DNA from: an uncultured Methanoregulaceae archaeon
GTDB taxonomy: Archaea > Halobacteriota > Methanomicrobia > Methanomicrobiales > Methanospirillaceae
Length of the DNA: 64,000 bases
NCBI GenBank assembly: GCA_963768785.1
Contig: CAVYJD010000014.1
Coordinates: forward strand, 230,821 to 294,820
Direction of reading: 5' to 3'
Shown here piece after piece: positions 54,587 through 64,000 of this stretch. The position numbers were made by a program, and so were the translations under genes. Under the pieces are notes generated by a model. The model had not been told where the DNA came from. It did no database searches and saw nothing but the letters and a program-made list of their open reading frames with translations. Numbering within the stretch: the first letter of the stretch is position 1; every line of letters begins with the position of its first letter.

Positions 54587-56167
54587 CTATTTGGTTAGTT
54601 TATTGACCTTACATGCTTCCACAAATCCGACATACGGCGGGGATGGTTTCGTCGGACGCGATTTGAACTCGGGATGGAACTGCGTCGCAAAGAAGAACGG
54701 GTGACCGGGAAGTTCCAGCATCTCCATACGGTTTTTATTGGTCGCCGAGAAGACAAGCCCCGCATCTTCGAGCTTTTTTATGTACCGGGGGTTTACTTCG
54801 TACCGGTGCCGGTGCCGTTCGACAATCTGCGGCTCGCCGTACAGTTTCTTTGCAAGCGTGCCATCGCGGATATCTGCGGTGTAATTGCCAAGCCGCATCG
54901 TGCCGCCCAGCTCGGTGAGCCCTTCCTGTTCCGGCAGGAGTGCAATCACATGGGTTCCTTCACCCATCTCTTCACTGGTTGCATCGGGCATCCCTGCCTT
55001 GTTGCGGGCAAACTCCACAACCGCAAGCTGGAACCCGAGGCAAAGCCCAAGGAAAGGTACATTGTTTTCGCGGGCATACTTGATCGCCTCAATCTTGCCT
55101 TCAATACCCCGTTTGCCAAAGCCTCCCGGGATGAGAATGCCGTCATAATCCTTGAGCTGGCACCGCTCGTACCGTTCGGCATCCAGCCAGGCAATTTTTA
55201 CTTCGGTTGAGAGAGCGCGTCCCGCATGCTTGAGCGCTTCCTTGATGCTGATGTAGACATCCTCAATACCGTATTTGCTGACAATCGCAACCGTCACGCG
55301 GTTGGTATATTCTTTGGTGACAATGCGGTACCAGCTGGAGTCAATTTCACGGGTTTCAAGGCCGAGATGGGCGGAGAGCACATCGGCAATCCCTTCCTTT
55401 TCCATCTCCATGGGGACTTCATACGTATCCGGCGCGGTGGCGGCAGAGATCACGGCGTTTATGGGGAGATCGCAGAACGCCGAGATCTTGCGTTTGGTGT
55501 TAGCCCCGATTACCCGCTCGCTCCGGCCGACGATAATATCCGCGTGGAGCCCCAGTTCCCGCAGCGCTTTTACCGAGTGCTGGGTGGGTTTGGTCTTGAG
55601 ATCCCCCATCGTATCTTCGGGGATGAGCGTCACGTGGATTAGCACATAATCTGTCTCGGGCAGTTCGCCACGCATCTGGCGGGCAGCTTCTAAAAACGGC
55701 ATGCTCTCAATATCGCCGACGGTCCCGCCTACTTCCACCAGACAGACATCTGCATGAGTCCCGTCAGGAAATTCCTCTTCGGCAGCTTGCCTGATGCACG
55801 CTTTGATCTGGTCAGTGATATGGGGAATGATCTGCACGGTTTCGCCAAGGAAATCGCCGCGCCGCTCTTTATCGATGACCGTACGGTACACTTTTCCCGT
55901 GGTAATATTGTGTGGCCCGGAGAGTTCGATATCCAGGAACCGCTCGTAATTGCCGAGATCGAGGTCGACTTCACTCCCGTCTTTTAGAACGAAAACTTCC
56001 CCGTGCTGGGCAGGGTTCATCGTTCCTGCGTCGATATTCAGGTATGGGTCGATTTTGACTGCAGTCACCCGGTATCCCCGGTTCTTCAGGATGCGCCCCA
56101 CTGAAGCCGCGGTAATTCCTTTTCCAAGGCCGCTCATCACTCCGCCGGTAATAAAAATGTATTTCAC
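54587..56167 (-). CDS. pyrG: CTP synthase
   Basis: [47 protein letters not shown]. Confidence 0.97.
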   Translation of the reverse strand: MKYIFITGGVMSGLGKGITAASVGRILKNRGYRVTAVKIDPYLNIDAGTMNPAQHGEVFVLKDGSEVDLDLGNYERFLDIELSGPHNITTGKVYRTVIDKERRGDFLGETVQIIPHITDQIKACIRQAAEEEFPDGTHADVCLVEVGGTVGDIESMPFLEAARQMRGELPETDYVLIHVTLIPEDTMGDLKTKPTQHSVKALRELGLHADIIVGRSERVIGANTKRKISAFCDLPINAVISAATAPDTYEVPMEMEKEGIADVLSAHLGLETREIDSSWYRIVTKEYTNRVTVAIVSKYGIEDVYISIKEALKHAGRALSTEVKIAWLDAERYERCQLKDYDGILIPGGFGKRGIEGKIEAIKYARENNVPFLGLCLGFQLAVVEFARNKAGMPDATSEEMGEGTHVIALLPEQEGLTELGGTMRLGNYTADIRDGTLAKKLYGEPQIVERHRHRYEVNPRYIKKLEDAGLVFSATNKNRMEMLELPGHPFFFATQFHPEFKSRPTKPSPPYVGFVEACKVNKLTK

Positions 56168-56387
56168 GTGAACTCCCCGATTGCTTTACTGGTTTGATTC
56201 GATTCCGTATTATGATTATCTTTTCGCCGGGGAATGCAGGATTTTTCGCATGCTTCCTGCCAGCGGCAGGTATCCAGGGTTTTTCTCTGCATTACAGGCA
56301 TCTGCCGGTGCTGGATTCACAATTCCAAAATAACACACCACAAAAAAGATCACGCATTTTATTAGTCTGCCGGTAAAAAACTTCCCT

Positions 56388-56618
56388 GTGCCACAGCAGA
56401 TACCTGAGTCATTTATCCAGAAATGCGCCATCGTGGCCGGGTTCATCTGCCTGCTGCTCTTTGCCGCACCACTGGTTACCCTCAACAGCACCCCGGACTA
56501 TCTGGATCTGCTCTCCAGGAATGGACAGATGATCTATGTTCTGGCATTTCTTGCGATACTTGGTTCCGTTGTTACCATTGTTTCTCTTCTGTTATTGATG
56601 GAGATCTGGAAGAAATAG
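56388..56618 (+). CDS. Small two-TM hypothetical protein
   Basis: Two hydrophobic helices. Confidence 0.5.
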   Translation: MPQQIPESFIQKCAIVAGFICLLLFAAPLVTLNSTPDYLDLLSRNGQMIYVLAFLAILGSVVTIVSLLLLMEIWKK

Positions 56619-56696
56619 TCGATCCAGATGGAATATCCCCGGATAATTTTCCTGCCAAAGGAACATTCATGTGTGCAGCAAACAAAAAATGGGGAT

Positions 56697-57401
56697 ATGA
56701 AACTGCGACAGATGTTCTTCATTCTGGCGATTCTGTCAATCATTTCCTGTTGTGCCATACCGGTAATAGCGGCAAACGCGACCCCCATGGATGACGCGAC
56801 CCGGCTGTACAACATGGGTGTTGAAACGCTTACAACAAATGATTATGAAGGGGCAATTGCACTGTTCGACCAGGTGCTTGCGTCGAACACCACGATGATA
56901 AAAAAGGGCGACGGGCTGCTCTACACGTACCAGGGGAAGTCCTATGCGCTCATCCAGCTGGGGCGATACACCGATGCAATCCAGACAACTGATGAGGGTC
57001 TTGCAGAGTATCCAAAAGACGCCATGCTCTGGAACAACCAGGGATATGCATACTATAAGCTCGGGAAATATTCCGATGCGATAACGGCCTATGACAGTGC
57101 GGTTGCAATCGACCCGACGTCCAGCGGGACATTTATCAACCAGGGAGATGCCCTCTTTGCGGCGGGGCAGTATGCAGATGCAGTCACCGCCTACAACAAA
57201 TCGCTGGAAATCGACCCGGGAAACAGTAACACCACGGCAAAACTTGCGGCTGCACAGAAGGCTGCAGGATCTATCGTATCACCGGTGACCATCTTCCTCA
57301 TCGTTATCGTCATCGCCTGCGCCGGAATCGCCGGGTATTACTTTATGAGGAAAAAACCAGTGCAGGAAGAGCCAAAGAAGAAGAAATCTGCTAAAAAATA
57401 A
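56697..57401 (+). CDS. Secreted, C-terminally anchored TPR protein
   Basis: Signal peptide, about four TPR repeats, C-terminal TM helix and basic tail. Confidence 0.87.
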   Translation: MKLRQMFFILAILSIISCCAIPVIAANATPMDDATRLYNMGVETLTTNDYEGAIALFDQVLASNTTMIKKGDGLLYTYQGKSYALIQLGRYTDAIQTTDEGLAEYPKDAMLWNNQGYAYYKLGKYSDAITAYDSAVAIDPTSSGTFINQGDALFAAGQYADAVTAYNKSLEIDPGNSNTTAKLAAAQKAAGSIVSPVTIFLIVIVIACAGIAGYYFMRKKPVQEEPKKKKSAKK

Positions 57402-57413
57402 TTTTTTTTTAGT

Positions 57414-57619
57414 CACTGTAGAAAACTTTTTTTTTACACGCAGCCCCCCCTCTTGCGCCACCAGTCCCCCAAGGGGGACGGGGCGCAGTGTGATGGTGCC
57501 AGAATAGGAAATACAACACTATCGCAACCGGGGGGTGCCACAGCGGCGGGGGCGAAGGCAAGGATTGCCGGAGCCCCCGAGAGCGTTATAGCAATTTAAT
57601 TTAAGGATTTTTACAGGGC
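57414..57619 (+). mobile_element. MITE-like element carrying module A (copy 2)
   Basis: Ends CACTGTAGAAAAC ... GATTTTTACAGGGC; core matches 8363-8497; lies between convergent genes. Confidence 0.65.
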
Positions 57620-57650
57620 CATTTTTTTTTAAAAGGAACCTGTTCTTTGT

Positions 57651-58079
57651 TTATTCCTTCACAGTCGTTATGGCAAATGCCGCTGAAGTCCGTGAAAGGA
57701 TCGTTTTTTTCGCGTCATCCAAAAAGACATCCCCTTCGACAAACGCAACCCGCCTGCCTTTCCTTATGACCCGCGCCTGTGCAAGTATCCTGCCTTCCCT
57801 GACGCCTTTGATAAAACTGGTAGATTCGGAAATGGTTGCGATACCCTCGTGTTCACTTAAGGAGGGGTAGATCGCAAGCGCCATCGCTTCATCCACGAGC
57901 GCAACAAGCATGCCGCCCTGGAGCCAGCCCACCCCATTGAGCATATCCGGGCGAACCGTCATGCCCAGGACTGCTTTTCCCGTCTGGTACTGCACGACAT
58001 CAATACCCATCTGGCAAAAAAAGGGGTTTGCAGCACGGCCGTTCTTTTTGATATTGTCAAGATAGGTCATTGTCCTCAT
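57651..58079 (-). CDS. PaaI-family (hotdog-fold) thioesterase
   Basis: NGVGWLQGGMLVALVDEAM; ARVIRKGRR. Confidence 0.9.
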   Translation of the reverse strand: MRTMTYLDNIKKNGRAANPFFCQMGIDVVQYQTGKAVLGMTVRPDMLNGVGWLQGGMLVALVDEAMALAIYPSLSEHEGIATISESTSFIKGVREGRILAQARVIRKGRRVAFVEGDVFLDDAKKTILSRTSAAFAITTVKE

Positions 58080-58202
58080 TGACTGTTTTTCTATAAACAG
58101 GGATTAAGATGATCCAACCAGCGGGATCAATGACCGTCAATATTTTTTTTACGATACCCCGGTACAAAACACTTTATTGGTTAAGCCGACGACGTATTCT
58201 TT

Positions 58203-58433
58203 ATGCAGAATGAAGAAACAAAAGAGATGCTTGCCGACCTTATCTGGCTCAACGCCCTGATCGCAACCGAGCTGTTACAGGTAACCGAGAATACCTCTGC
58301 CATCCTTCGTAAAACCACTCCGCCGGCAAGTTGCCTGGCCGAACACAATGCGCTCCGGGCAACTGCGCTTGCCATCGCAGAAAAATACCGGAAAAATACT
58401 GTGCTTGCCCAGCACCTCACCGGTCACCAGTAA
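58203..58433 (+). CDS. Small hypothetical protein
   Basis: 76-aa helical ORF with an AT-rich upstream region. Confidence 0.6.
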   Translation: MQNEETKEMLADLIWLNALIATELLQVTENTSAILRKTTPPASCLAEHNALRATALAIAEKYRKNTVLAQHLTGHQ

Positions 58434-58594
58434 TATTATGGGCAATCTTCACGCACCAGTAAGAGAGAGATACTCGTAGTACTTACTCCTTTCAAACAGG
58501 TCCGAATAAAAACAAGCATCCCCTGACCGATAATGCACCGGTCATTTCCGGTGACCGCTCATAACCAAAAAAGAAAAATAAAACCCTGTCAGCT

Positions 58595-59303
58595 ATGTCC
58601 ACCGCACCCGGTATTCCCTACAGCCTTGTCATCCCCGCGTACAACGAAGAGAAGCGTATCGCAGGCCTTTTTGACGCGATCACCCGTTTTGACGGGGAAC
58701 TCATTGTCGTCTGTGACGGGACTGATTCAACAGCGGACGTTGTCGGGGGCATCGCCAGAGAACGCCCGGACCTGTTAATCCGGTGCCTGCGGTTTACGTC
58801 GCGCCTGGGGAAAGGGGGCGGGGTCCTGGCCGGGCTCAAAGCGGCACAGGCGCCGCTCGTCGGCTATGTGGATGCCGACGGATCGACCAGCATCGACGAG
58901 ATGGTCCGGCTGTTTTTACGGCTTTCATCTTCTGACGCGGTTATTGGTTCACGCTGGGTCGCCGGTTCGCAGCTTGGCGTCCGCCAGAGCCTGATGCGGC
59001 GGCTGGAGAGCAGGGGGTTCAACCTGTTTATCCGGATCTTCTTTGGTCTTTTGTTCCATGATACGCAGTGCGGGGCAAAAGTCTTTAAAAAAACCGCGCT
59101 CGATGTTGTAGTGCCAAGGATGATCTCGACCGGATTTGAGTTTGATGTCGAACTCCTCTGGAGGTTGTCAAAGGCAGGGTACCGCATCGTTGAATGTCCT
59201 ATTGAATGGCAGAACAAAGGGGATTCACGCGTACAGGGACGCGACATGATCCGGATGCTTGTGGGTCTGCTTAAAGGTCCGGTTCGCTGCAGGGCAGGCA
59301 TGA
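58595..59303 (+). CDS. Glycosyltransferase family 2 (dolichyl-phosphate hexosyltransferase-like)
   Basis: IPAYNEE, GKGGGV, DADGS, DTQCGAK, FEFDVE; removing one A near 59274 gives a stop overlapping the next ATG. Confidence 0.85.
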
Positions 59304-61114
59304 TTCCAAGAACAGAAGAGGAACAAAAAAAGGAAGCGCTCAGGCTTTTTGAGGACGGCCGGTACCAGGAATCGCTGGATATCTGCCACGTCCTGTTAGA
59401 GACGGTAAAAGACCCTACCTTGGAGATCCTTGCCGCTACAAACCTCTTTTATACCGGAAAACTTGAGGATGCCGAGGTCTTTTTCCGTGATATCGCGCAG
59501 AAGGTGCCCGAATCGTCCTATGTCCACAGTTTTTTGGCAAACGTGCTGGAAAAAAGGGGCGACGACGGGGCCATTGCCGAGTATGCCCTTGCTGTCCATC
59601 TAGACCCGACAAACCTTGCAGCACTCCGGAGTTATGCCGATTACCTGATGGTGCGCAACGATTTTTTGGGGGCGCTGCCGGTGCTCAAACGACTGGTCGA
59701 AGCAGGGAAAAAACCTAGTGATGTGCAGGACCTGATGCGGGCGCTGGTTGCTACGGGAAATGCAGAGGAGGCGCTTTTTGTGTCCACACGGTACGGGTCG
59801 GAACATACCCGGACCGGGGAATACGTGGACGCACTTATTACCCTGCAGAAGTACCGGGCTGCCGCTGATGCATCTGGCCAGATCTACAAAGAGACCCGGG
59901 ACATTGCGATGCTGCGCCGGCATCTTACCGCAGGTTCGCTGGACGACCCCCATGCCGGGCTGGTGGCGTATGCCACGAATCTTGCAGATACCGAAAACGA
60001 CGAGATCCGGGCGGATTACGTACGGCTCTTACAGGCAGGGGGAAGATATGCAGATGCGTTTGTGGCATTACAACCCCTGCTGGCCCGGTCGTCCCTGCCC
60101 CGGTACCGGCTCATGGAATGCGAAATCCTTGCAGCGCAAAAAAAAGACACCGAAGCGATCGCGGCGTATGAGCGGCTTATTGGTGATGAACTCCGGACAA
60201 AAAATGATCTGGAGATGCTGGGGCACATCATCCGGTCATACCGGTTATTTCTCGTTTCGCACCTGGCACCGGATGCGGCGAGGGAGCGTTTCCTGCAGGT
60301 CGTTTCGCAGGATATGAACGTGGTGAGCCTGCTTGAAACCGCCCGCTGGTACGAGGACGAGGGAAATGCGGTCGAGGCCCGGTCATGGTACTATCGTGCC
60401 TACCGGGCTGATTACCTGAATGGCGGTCTTTTTTATGCACAATTCCTGTCAGGTCACGGGGAGGAGCGGGAGTGCGAAAAAGTGATGCTCTATATCCTTT
60501 CCAACGTGAAAAAAAACGCCGATCTCGGGCGGGTAGCCGCAGTCATCCTCGATAAAAACGGGACGATGCACCGGCTGAAACGGCTGGTCGACCAGGTAAT
60601 CAAACGGTTAACCGAACGCCGGGCAGGCCTGAGTTCGGACGGGTTGGAACTGCTGGCAGGTGCATTCTCGATTGCAGCGCGACGGGCACTCGACGAGGCA
60701 GACTATGCAGGGTGCAAGTACTACAGTCTCTGCGGACTGGATGTCCTGCCGGCGCAGGCTGCAGGGTGCCGGATGGAGGATTTCCTCGGGCTTATCCGGG
60801 CCTGCAAGGCCCAGTCGATTGCCGACCGCCCCGTGATGCAGGCAGCACCGATAAAAAAACGGGTGCCGGCAGCACGACCGGTGCCAGCCCTGACCGAACA
60901 GCTGGAACTATCAGAACAGGAGCAGAAGATCGTTGTATTTATCCGGTCACACCACAAAGCAACCGAAATGGACCTGCGGACACTACTCCAGACAAGGAGG
61001 GTGACCGGTATCGTGAACCGGCTTATCCGTAAAGCAACGGCACAGGGAATCATGCTTATCAGGAAAAATGGTGTAGGAGACGACGGGGAGATTTATGAAT
61101 ATGCCGGAACCTGA
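59300..61114 (+). CDS. TPR-rich helical protein with putative C-terminal winged-helix domain
   Basis: Multiple TPR-like repeats; C-terminal LSEQEQKIVVFIRSHHKATEMDLR...GEIYEY; overlaps the downstream ATPase start. Confidence 0.75.
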   Translation: MIPRTEEEQKKEALRLFEDGRYQESLDICHVLLETVKDPTLEILAATNLFYTGKLEDAEVFFRDIAQKVPESSYVHSFLANVLEKRGDDGAIAEYALAVHLDPTNLAALRSYADYLMVRNDFLGALPVLKRLVEAGKKPSDVQDLMRALVATGNAEEALFVSTRYGSEHTRTGEYVDALITLQKYRAAADASGQIYKETRDIAMLRRHLTAGSLDDPHAGLVAYATNLADTENDEIRADYVRLLQAGGRYADAFVALQPLLARSSLPRYRLMECEILAAQKKDTEAIAAYERLIGDELRTKNDLEMLGHIIRSYRLFLVSHLAPDAARERFLQVVSQDMNVVSLLETARWYEDEGNAVEARSWYYRAYRADYLNGGLFYAQFLSGHGEERECEKVMLYILSNVKKNADLGRVAAVILDKNGTMHRLKRLVDQVIKRLTERRAGLSSDGLELLAGAFSIAARRALDEADYAGCKYYSLCGLDVLPAQAAGCRMEDFLGLIRACKAQSIADRPVMQAAPIKKRVPAARPVPALTEQLELSEQEQKIVVFIRSHHKATEMDLRTLLQTRRVTGIVNRLIRKATAQGIMLIRKNGVGDDGEIYEYAGT

Positions 61115-62396
61115 ACTCATGGACCAGGCAAAGATTGCGAGCCTGAATATCATCAATGCCCTCAGGCGGGGCACGGTACCAGCGGGAGGACTTGAGCGCA
61201 TCGCTGTCGGCCTTGAGGTGGAAGAAGGCGTTATCGCAAAACAGCTCGATTACGTGGCGCAGGGTGGCGGCGACCTGAAATTTATCCGGGGGGATTACGG
61301 GAGCGGCAAGACGTTTCTGGTCGCCCGTGCTTTAGAGATCGCGAGCACCAAAGGGTTTGTCACCACCCACGTGGTCATCGGTTCGCAGGCACCGCTCTAC
61401 AAGGTAAAAGCGATCTACCAGCAGGTCTGTGCAAACCTTGCCACACAGGAAGAGGACCATGCGCTGAAAATGATCGTCGATAACTGGCTTTTTTCCATTG
61501 AAGAGCGACAAATTTCCGTCAGCGGTTCCGGAACAGAGGATGCCGCACTGGAAGCAGCTACCGAGCGGGAGATCGAGGCAGCATTTGCCGGCATCAGCGA
61601 GATGAACTCGGCACTTGCCGCAGCTCTTCGGACATACTACCGGGCAAACAATGCCGGGAATTTCGCGCTGGCGCAGTCGGCGCTCGGGTGGATTGCAGGA
61701 GAGCCAAACATCGGCCGGGACTTCAAACAGAAAGCAGGTATCCGGGGGGAGATTGACGATACCATCGCGTTTGTCTTCTTAAAAGGCCTTGTTACGATCA
61801 TCCACGAAGCCGGGTACAAGGGCATTGCGATTGCTGTGGACGAGATGGAGACAACACAGGGGCTCCAGCGCAACCAGCGCGAGAAGGGGTATCACACGCT
61901 TGTCCAGATCATCGATGCGCTTGACCGGGGCGATATGCCCCGGTGCTATTTCCTCTTCACCGGGACGCCATCGTTCTTTGACGGCTCCCGCGGCATCCGA
62001 TCCGTTCCGCCGCTCTATGACCGGATCAGTGTCGTGCAGGTGGGCTCCTTCAAAAATCCCCGCCAGCCACAGGTCCACCTGGCTAAATTTGATACCGGTA
62101 AACTTGAACTGGTCGCGCTCAAGGTCATCGATGTCTATTCACAGGCATACCGTGAAGTCGATCGCGAGCGGATCTCCCACCGGTTTATCCGGGCGATGAT
62201 CAAAAAGATCACCACCCGGTTTGGCGGGAGGATTGACGTGATCCCCCGCATTTTCCTAAAAGAGTTTGTCGATGTGCTGGACAAATGCGAACTCTATGAC
62301 CAGTATAACCCGTGGGAGGGGTATGAGTTCGACGCGGAGCACTTAAAAGGCGAACTCAAAAAAGAAGAAGAAGCGGTCATGGTTGTCGAGTTTTAA
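61095..62396 (+). CDS. BrxD/DUF2791-family P-loop ATPase
   Basis: IINALRRGTVP..GL..IAVG, GDYGSGKT, AVDEME, TGTPSFFDG..GI...PPL..R. Confidence 0.85.
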   Translation: MNMPEPELMDQAKIASLNIINALRRGTVPAGGLERIAVGLEVEEGVIAKQLDYVAQGGGDLKFIRGDYGSGKTFLVARALEIASTKGFVTTHVVIGSQAPLYKVKAIYQQVCANLATQEEDHALKMIVDNWLFSIEERQISVSGSGTEDAALEAATEREIEAAFAGISEMNSALAAALRTYYRANNAGNFALAQSALGWIAGEPNIGRDFKQKAGIRGEIDDTIAFVFLKGLVTIIHEAGYKGIAIAVDEMETTQGLQRNQREKGYHTLVQIIDALDRGDMPRCYFLFTGTPSFFDGSRGIRSVPPLYDRISVVQVGSFKNPRQPQVHLAKFDTGKLELVALKVIDVYSQAYREVDRERISHRFIRAMIKKITTRFGGRIDVIPRIFLKEFVDVLDKCELYDQYNPWEGYEFDAEHLKGELKKEEEAVMVVEF

Positions 62397-62453
62397 AAAA
62401 AATCCGCCACAATCATGATAGCATTAAATTGTTCAAATGAGCACCATACCGGC

Positions 62454-62987
62454 ATGAGAGGGTTTATCCGGCTGGGTATTGTGCTTGTTCTTTTCCTCTG
62501 CGCACTACCGGCGGCCAGTGCTGTTTCAATAACCCTCAACGCTACCCCCACCCAGGCACATATCGGGGATGTCATTACCCTCAACGGTTCAGTATCCGGC
62601 ATTAAAACGATTGCCGTGTATCTCTTTGTGACAGGGCCGGGGCTTGATCCACGGGGGGTCACGCTTGAAAACTTCAATATCCCGGCGGGCAGGGGGTTGT
62701 TTACAACATCCCCGGTTGACATGGCTTCCGGGAAGTGGCAGTACCTGTGGGATACCTCAATAACACTGGGAGAGATGCGGCCCGGGAAATACACCGTATA
62801 TGTGGTGAGTTCCCCCATCGATAAACAGCAGTTTGAAGGAAGGGACTTTGCCAAAGCGGATATCATGCTGCTGCCCCCCGCCGAACCAACAACTGCGATC
62901 CCGCTCTCACCAGTGACCCCGGTTATCGCGCTCATCGCTGCGGGGTTGGTTGGCTGCGATGTTTGGCGCCGGGTCAGGAAAGACTGA
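62454..62987 (+). CDS. Secreted protein with C-terminal TM/basic anchor
   Basis: Signal peptide, beta-rich domain, PLSPVTPVIALI..RRVRKD tail. Confidence 0.7.
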   Translation: MRGFIRLGIVLVLFLCALPAASAVSITLNATPTQAHIGDVITLNGSVSGIKTIAVYLFVTGPGLDPRGVTLENFNIPAGRGLFTTSPVDMASGKWQYLWDTSITLGEMRPGKYTVYVVSSPIDKQQFEGRDFAKADIMLLPPAEPTTAIPLSPVTPVIALIAAGLVGCDVWRRVRKD

Positions 62988-63151
62988 CAATTGCCTGTTT
63001 TGGTATCGAGATAAGAGAGAATTTTTGCTGCATTTGATGGGGGAGAGATGCTGGTATTGATAACCATGTTTTGGTGAAATGCTATTTTTTGAACGTTTTT
63101 GAAGATTTTTAAAAAATATACTGACCGTCATAAGGAGATTGAATATATTTT

Positions 63152-63352
63152 TTACGATGTATCCCACCCCTGATGGGGTCGCTCGGGGGTCTCGTCGACC
63201 CCTCGCTGGGCAGGACGGTTTTTAATATCCAAAAAAATGAATGATGTTCGTTCTATCAGGGAAACTCCTATTTTGCAAACCGCCGCGGGGGCGTCCCTTC
63301 GGGGGCGGCGGAGTTCATCGTAACCGGGGGTATGGGGGCATCAGCCCCCATC
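63152..63352 (+). repeat. Composite element C + spacer + B + terminal hairpin (copy 2)
   Basis: About 200 bp match to the reverse complement of 50000-50200; lies between convergent genes. Confidence 0.88.
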
Positions 63353-63444
63353 TTTGATACCCTTCATTTTTTTCATTTCCAAAAAAATGCTATAGAGAAT
63401 TATCAGAAAATCAAAAAAAATTTCAATAAAATTGTGAAAAAAAA

Positions 63445-64000
63445 TTACCGCTTTTTCTCCGCGCTCATCCGCCGGATCCTGACGGAATTTGCATGGGCGT
63501 GGAGACCTTCTGCAGTGGCAATCGTTTCAACAACATCGCCAATCGTTTCAAGCCCGTCCCGGTCAATTATTTCGACCGATGCGGTCTTGCAGAAGTGCTG
63601 CACGTCAAGCCCGGAATACATCTTCGAATACCCGGCCGTTGGCAGCACATGGTTGGTGCCGACCGCGTAGTCCCCGCAGGCAACCGCGGAATACCGGCCG
63701 ACAAAAATGGCACCGGCATTTTTCACCCGGGTAACGACAAGGAGCGGGTCGGCTACCTGTATCGAGAGGTGCTCCGGTGCAACGACATCGGATGCAGCAA
63801 TCGCCGCGTCGAGATCGGCAACAACCGCATACCCGGAGTTTTTCATCGCCTGCTCGATGATCTCTTTTCGCGGGGCTTTTGCGAGCTGTGCGGCGACTTC
63901 CCGCCCGACTTTTTCCGGCAGGGATTTGTCCGTCGTGATAAGGATACAGGCCGCGTTCGGGTCGTGCTCTGCCTGCGCAAGGATATCTGCGGCGACAAAT
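63445..64000 (-). CDS. hisD: Histidinol dehydrogenase (3' part; continues beyond the window)
   Basis: DILAQAEHD, APEHL, NAGAIFVG, GDYAVGTNHVLPT, EGLHAHA. Confidence 0.95.
   Translation of the reverse strand, partial: FVAADILAQAEHDPNAACILITTDKSLPEKVGREVAAQLAKAPRKEIIEQAMKNSGYAVVADLDAAIAASDVVAPEHLSIQVADPLLVVTRVKNAGAIFVGRYSAVACGDYAVGTNHVLPTAGYSKMYSGLDVQHFCKTASVEIIDRDGLETIGDVVETIATAEGLHAHANSVRIRRMSAEKKR

Noticed and set aside
58595-61114. 839-aa GT2-TPR fusion protein
   Set aside because: Removing one A near 59274 restores a normal GT2 end (LKVRFAAGQA*) whose TGA overlaps the ATG at 59300; most likely an indel artefact.
63163-63220. Hammerhead or HDV-like ribozyme in module C (CTGATG; CCTCGCTGGGCAA)
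   Set aside because: It lacks the CUGANGA/GAAA core, and I could not build the HDV nested double pseudoknot by eye; only superficial motif similarity.

Overview
Archaeal chromosomal segment from a methanogen. RadA, FEN-1, Dph5, archaeal NusA, YcaO-TfuA, presenilin-like PSH and DUF1890/DUF1894, together with the gene style, suggest Methanomicrobiales (Methanoregula-like; inference). It is mostly housekeeping: feo, leuCDB, dapL-lysA, RPA-radA, his/arg/gua/pyr genes, a 2-oxoacid:ferredoxin oxidoreductase and an oxygen-defence cluster. About 17 genes carry single-base frameshifts, most likely assembly errors. I found no rRNA, tRNA, CRISPR array or transposase. Five things stand out. (1) A dispersed family of about 45-260 bp intergenic elements built from interchangeable GC-rich hairpin modules (A, B, C, D), several with shared CTGTAGAAA-type inverted ends, including an A/D chimera. 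(2) A roughly 3 kb accessory patch after leuB, where intact and truncated genes sit between inverted TTATCAGAACC motifs like a cassette array. (3) A three-gene nitrogenase-like operon that is neither Nif nor CfbCD. (4) An orphan BrxD-type ATPase in an operon with a TPR/winged-helix protein and a GT2. (5) A degenerate-KaiC plus KaiC-GTPase pair and an ABC-ATPase/TOPRIM pair.
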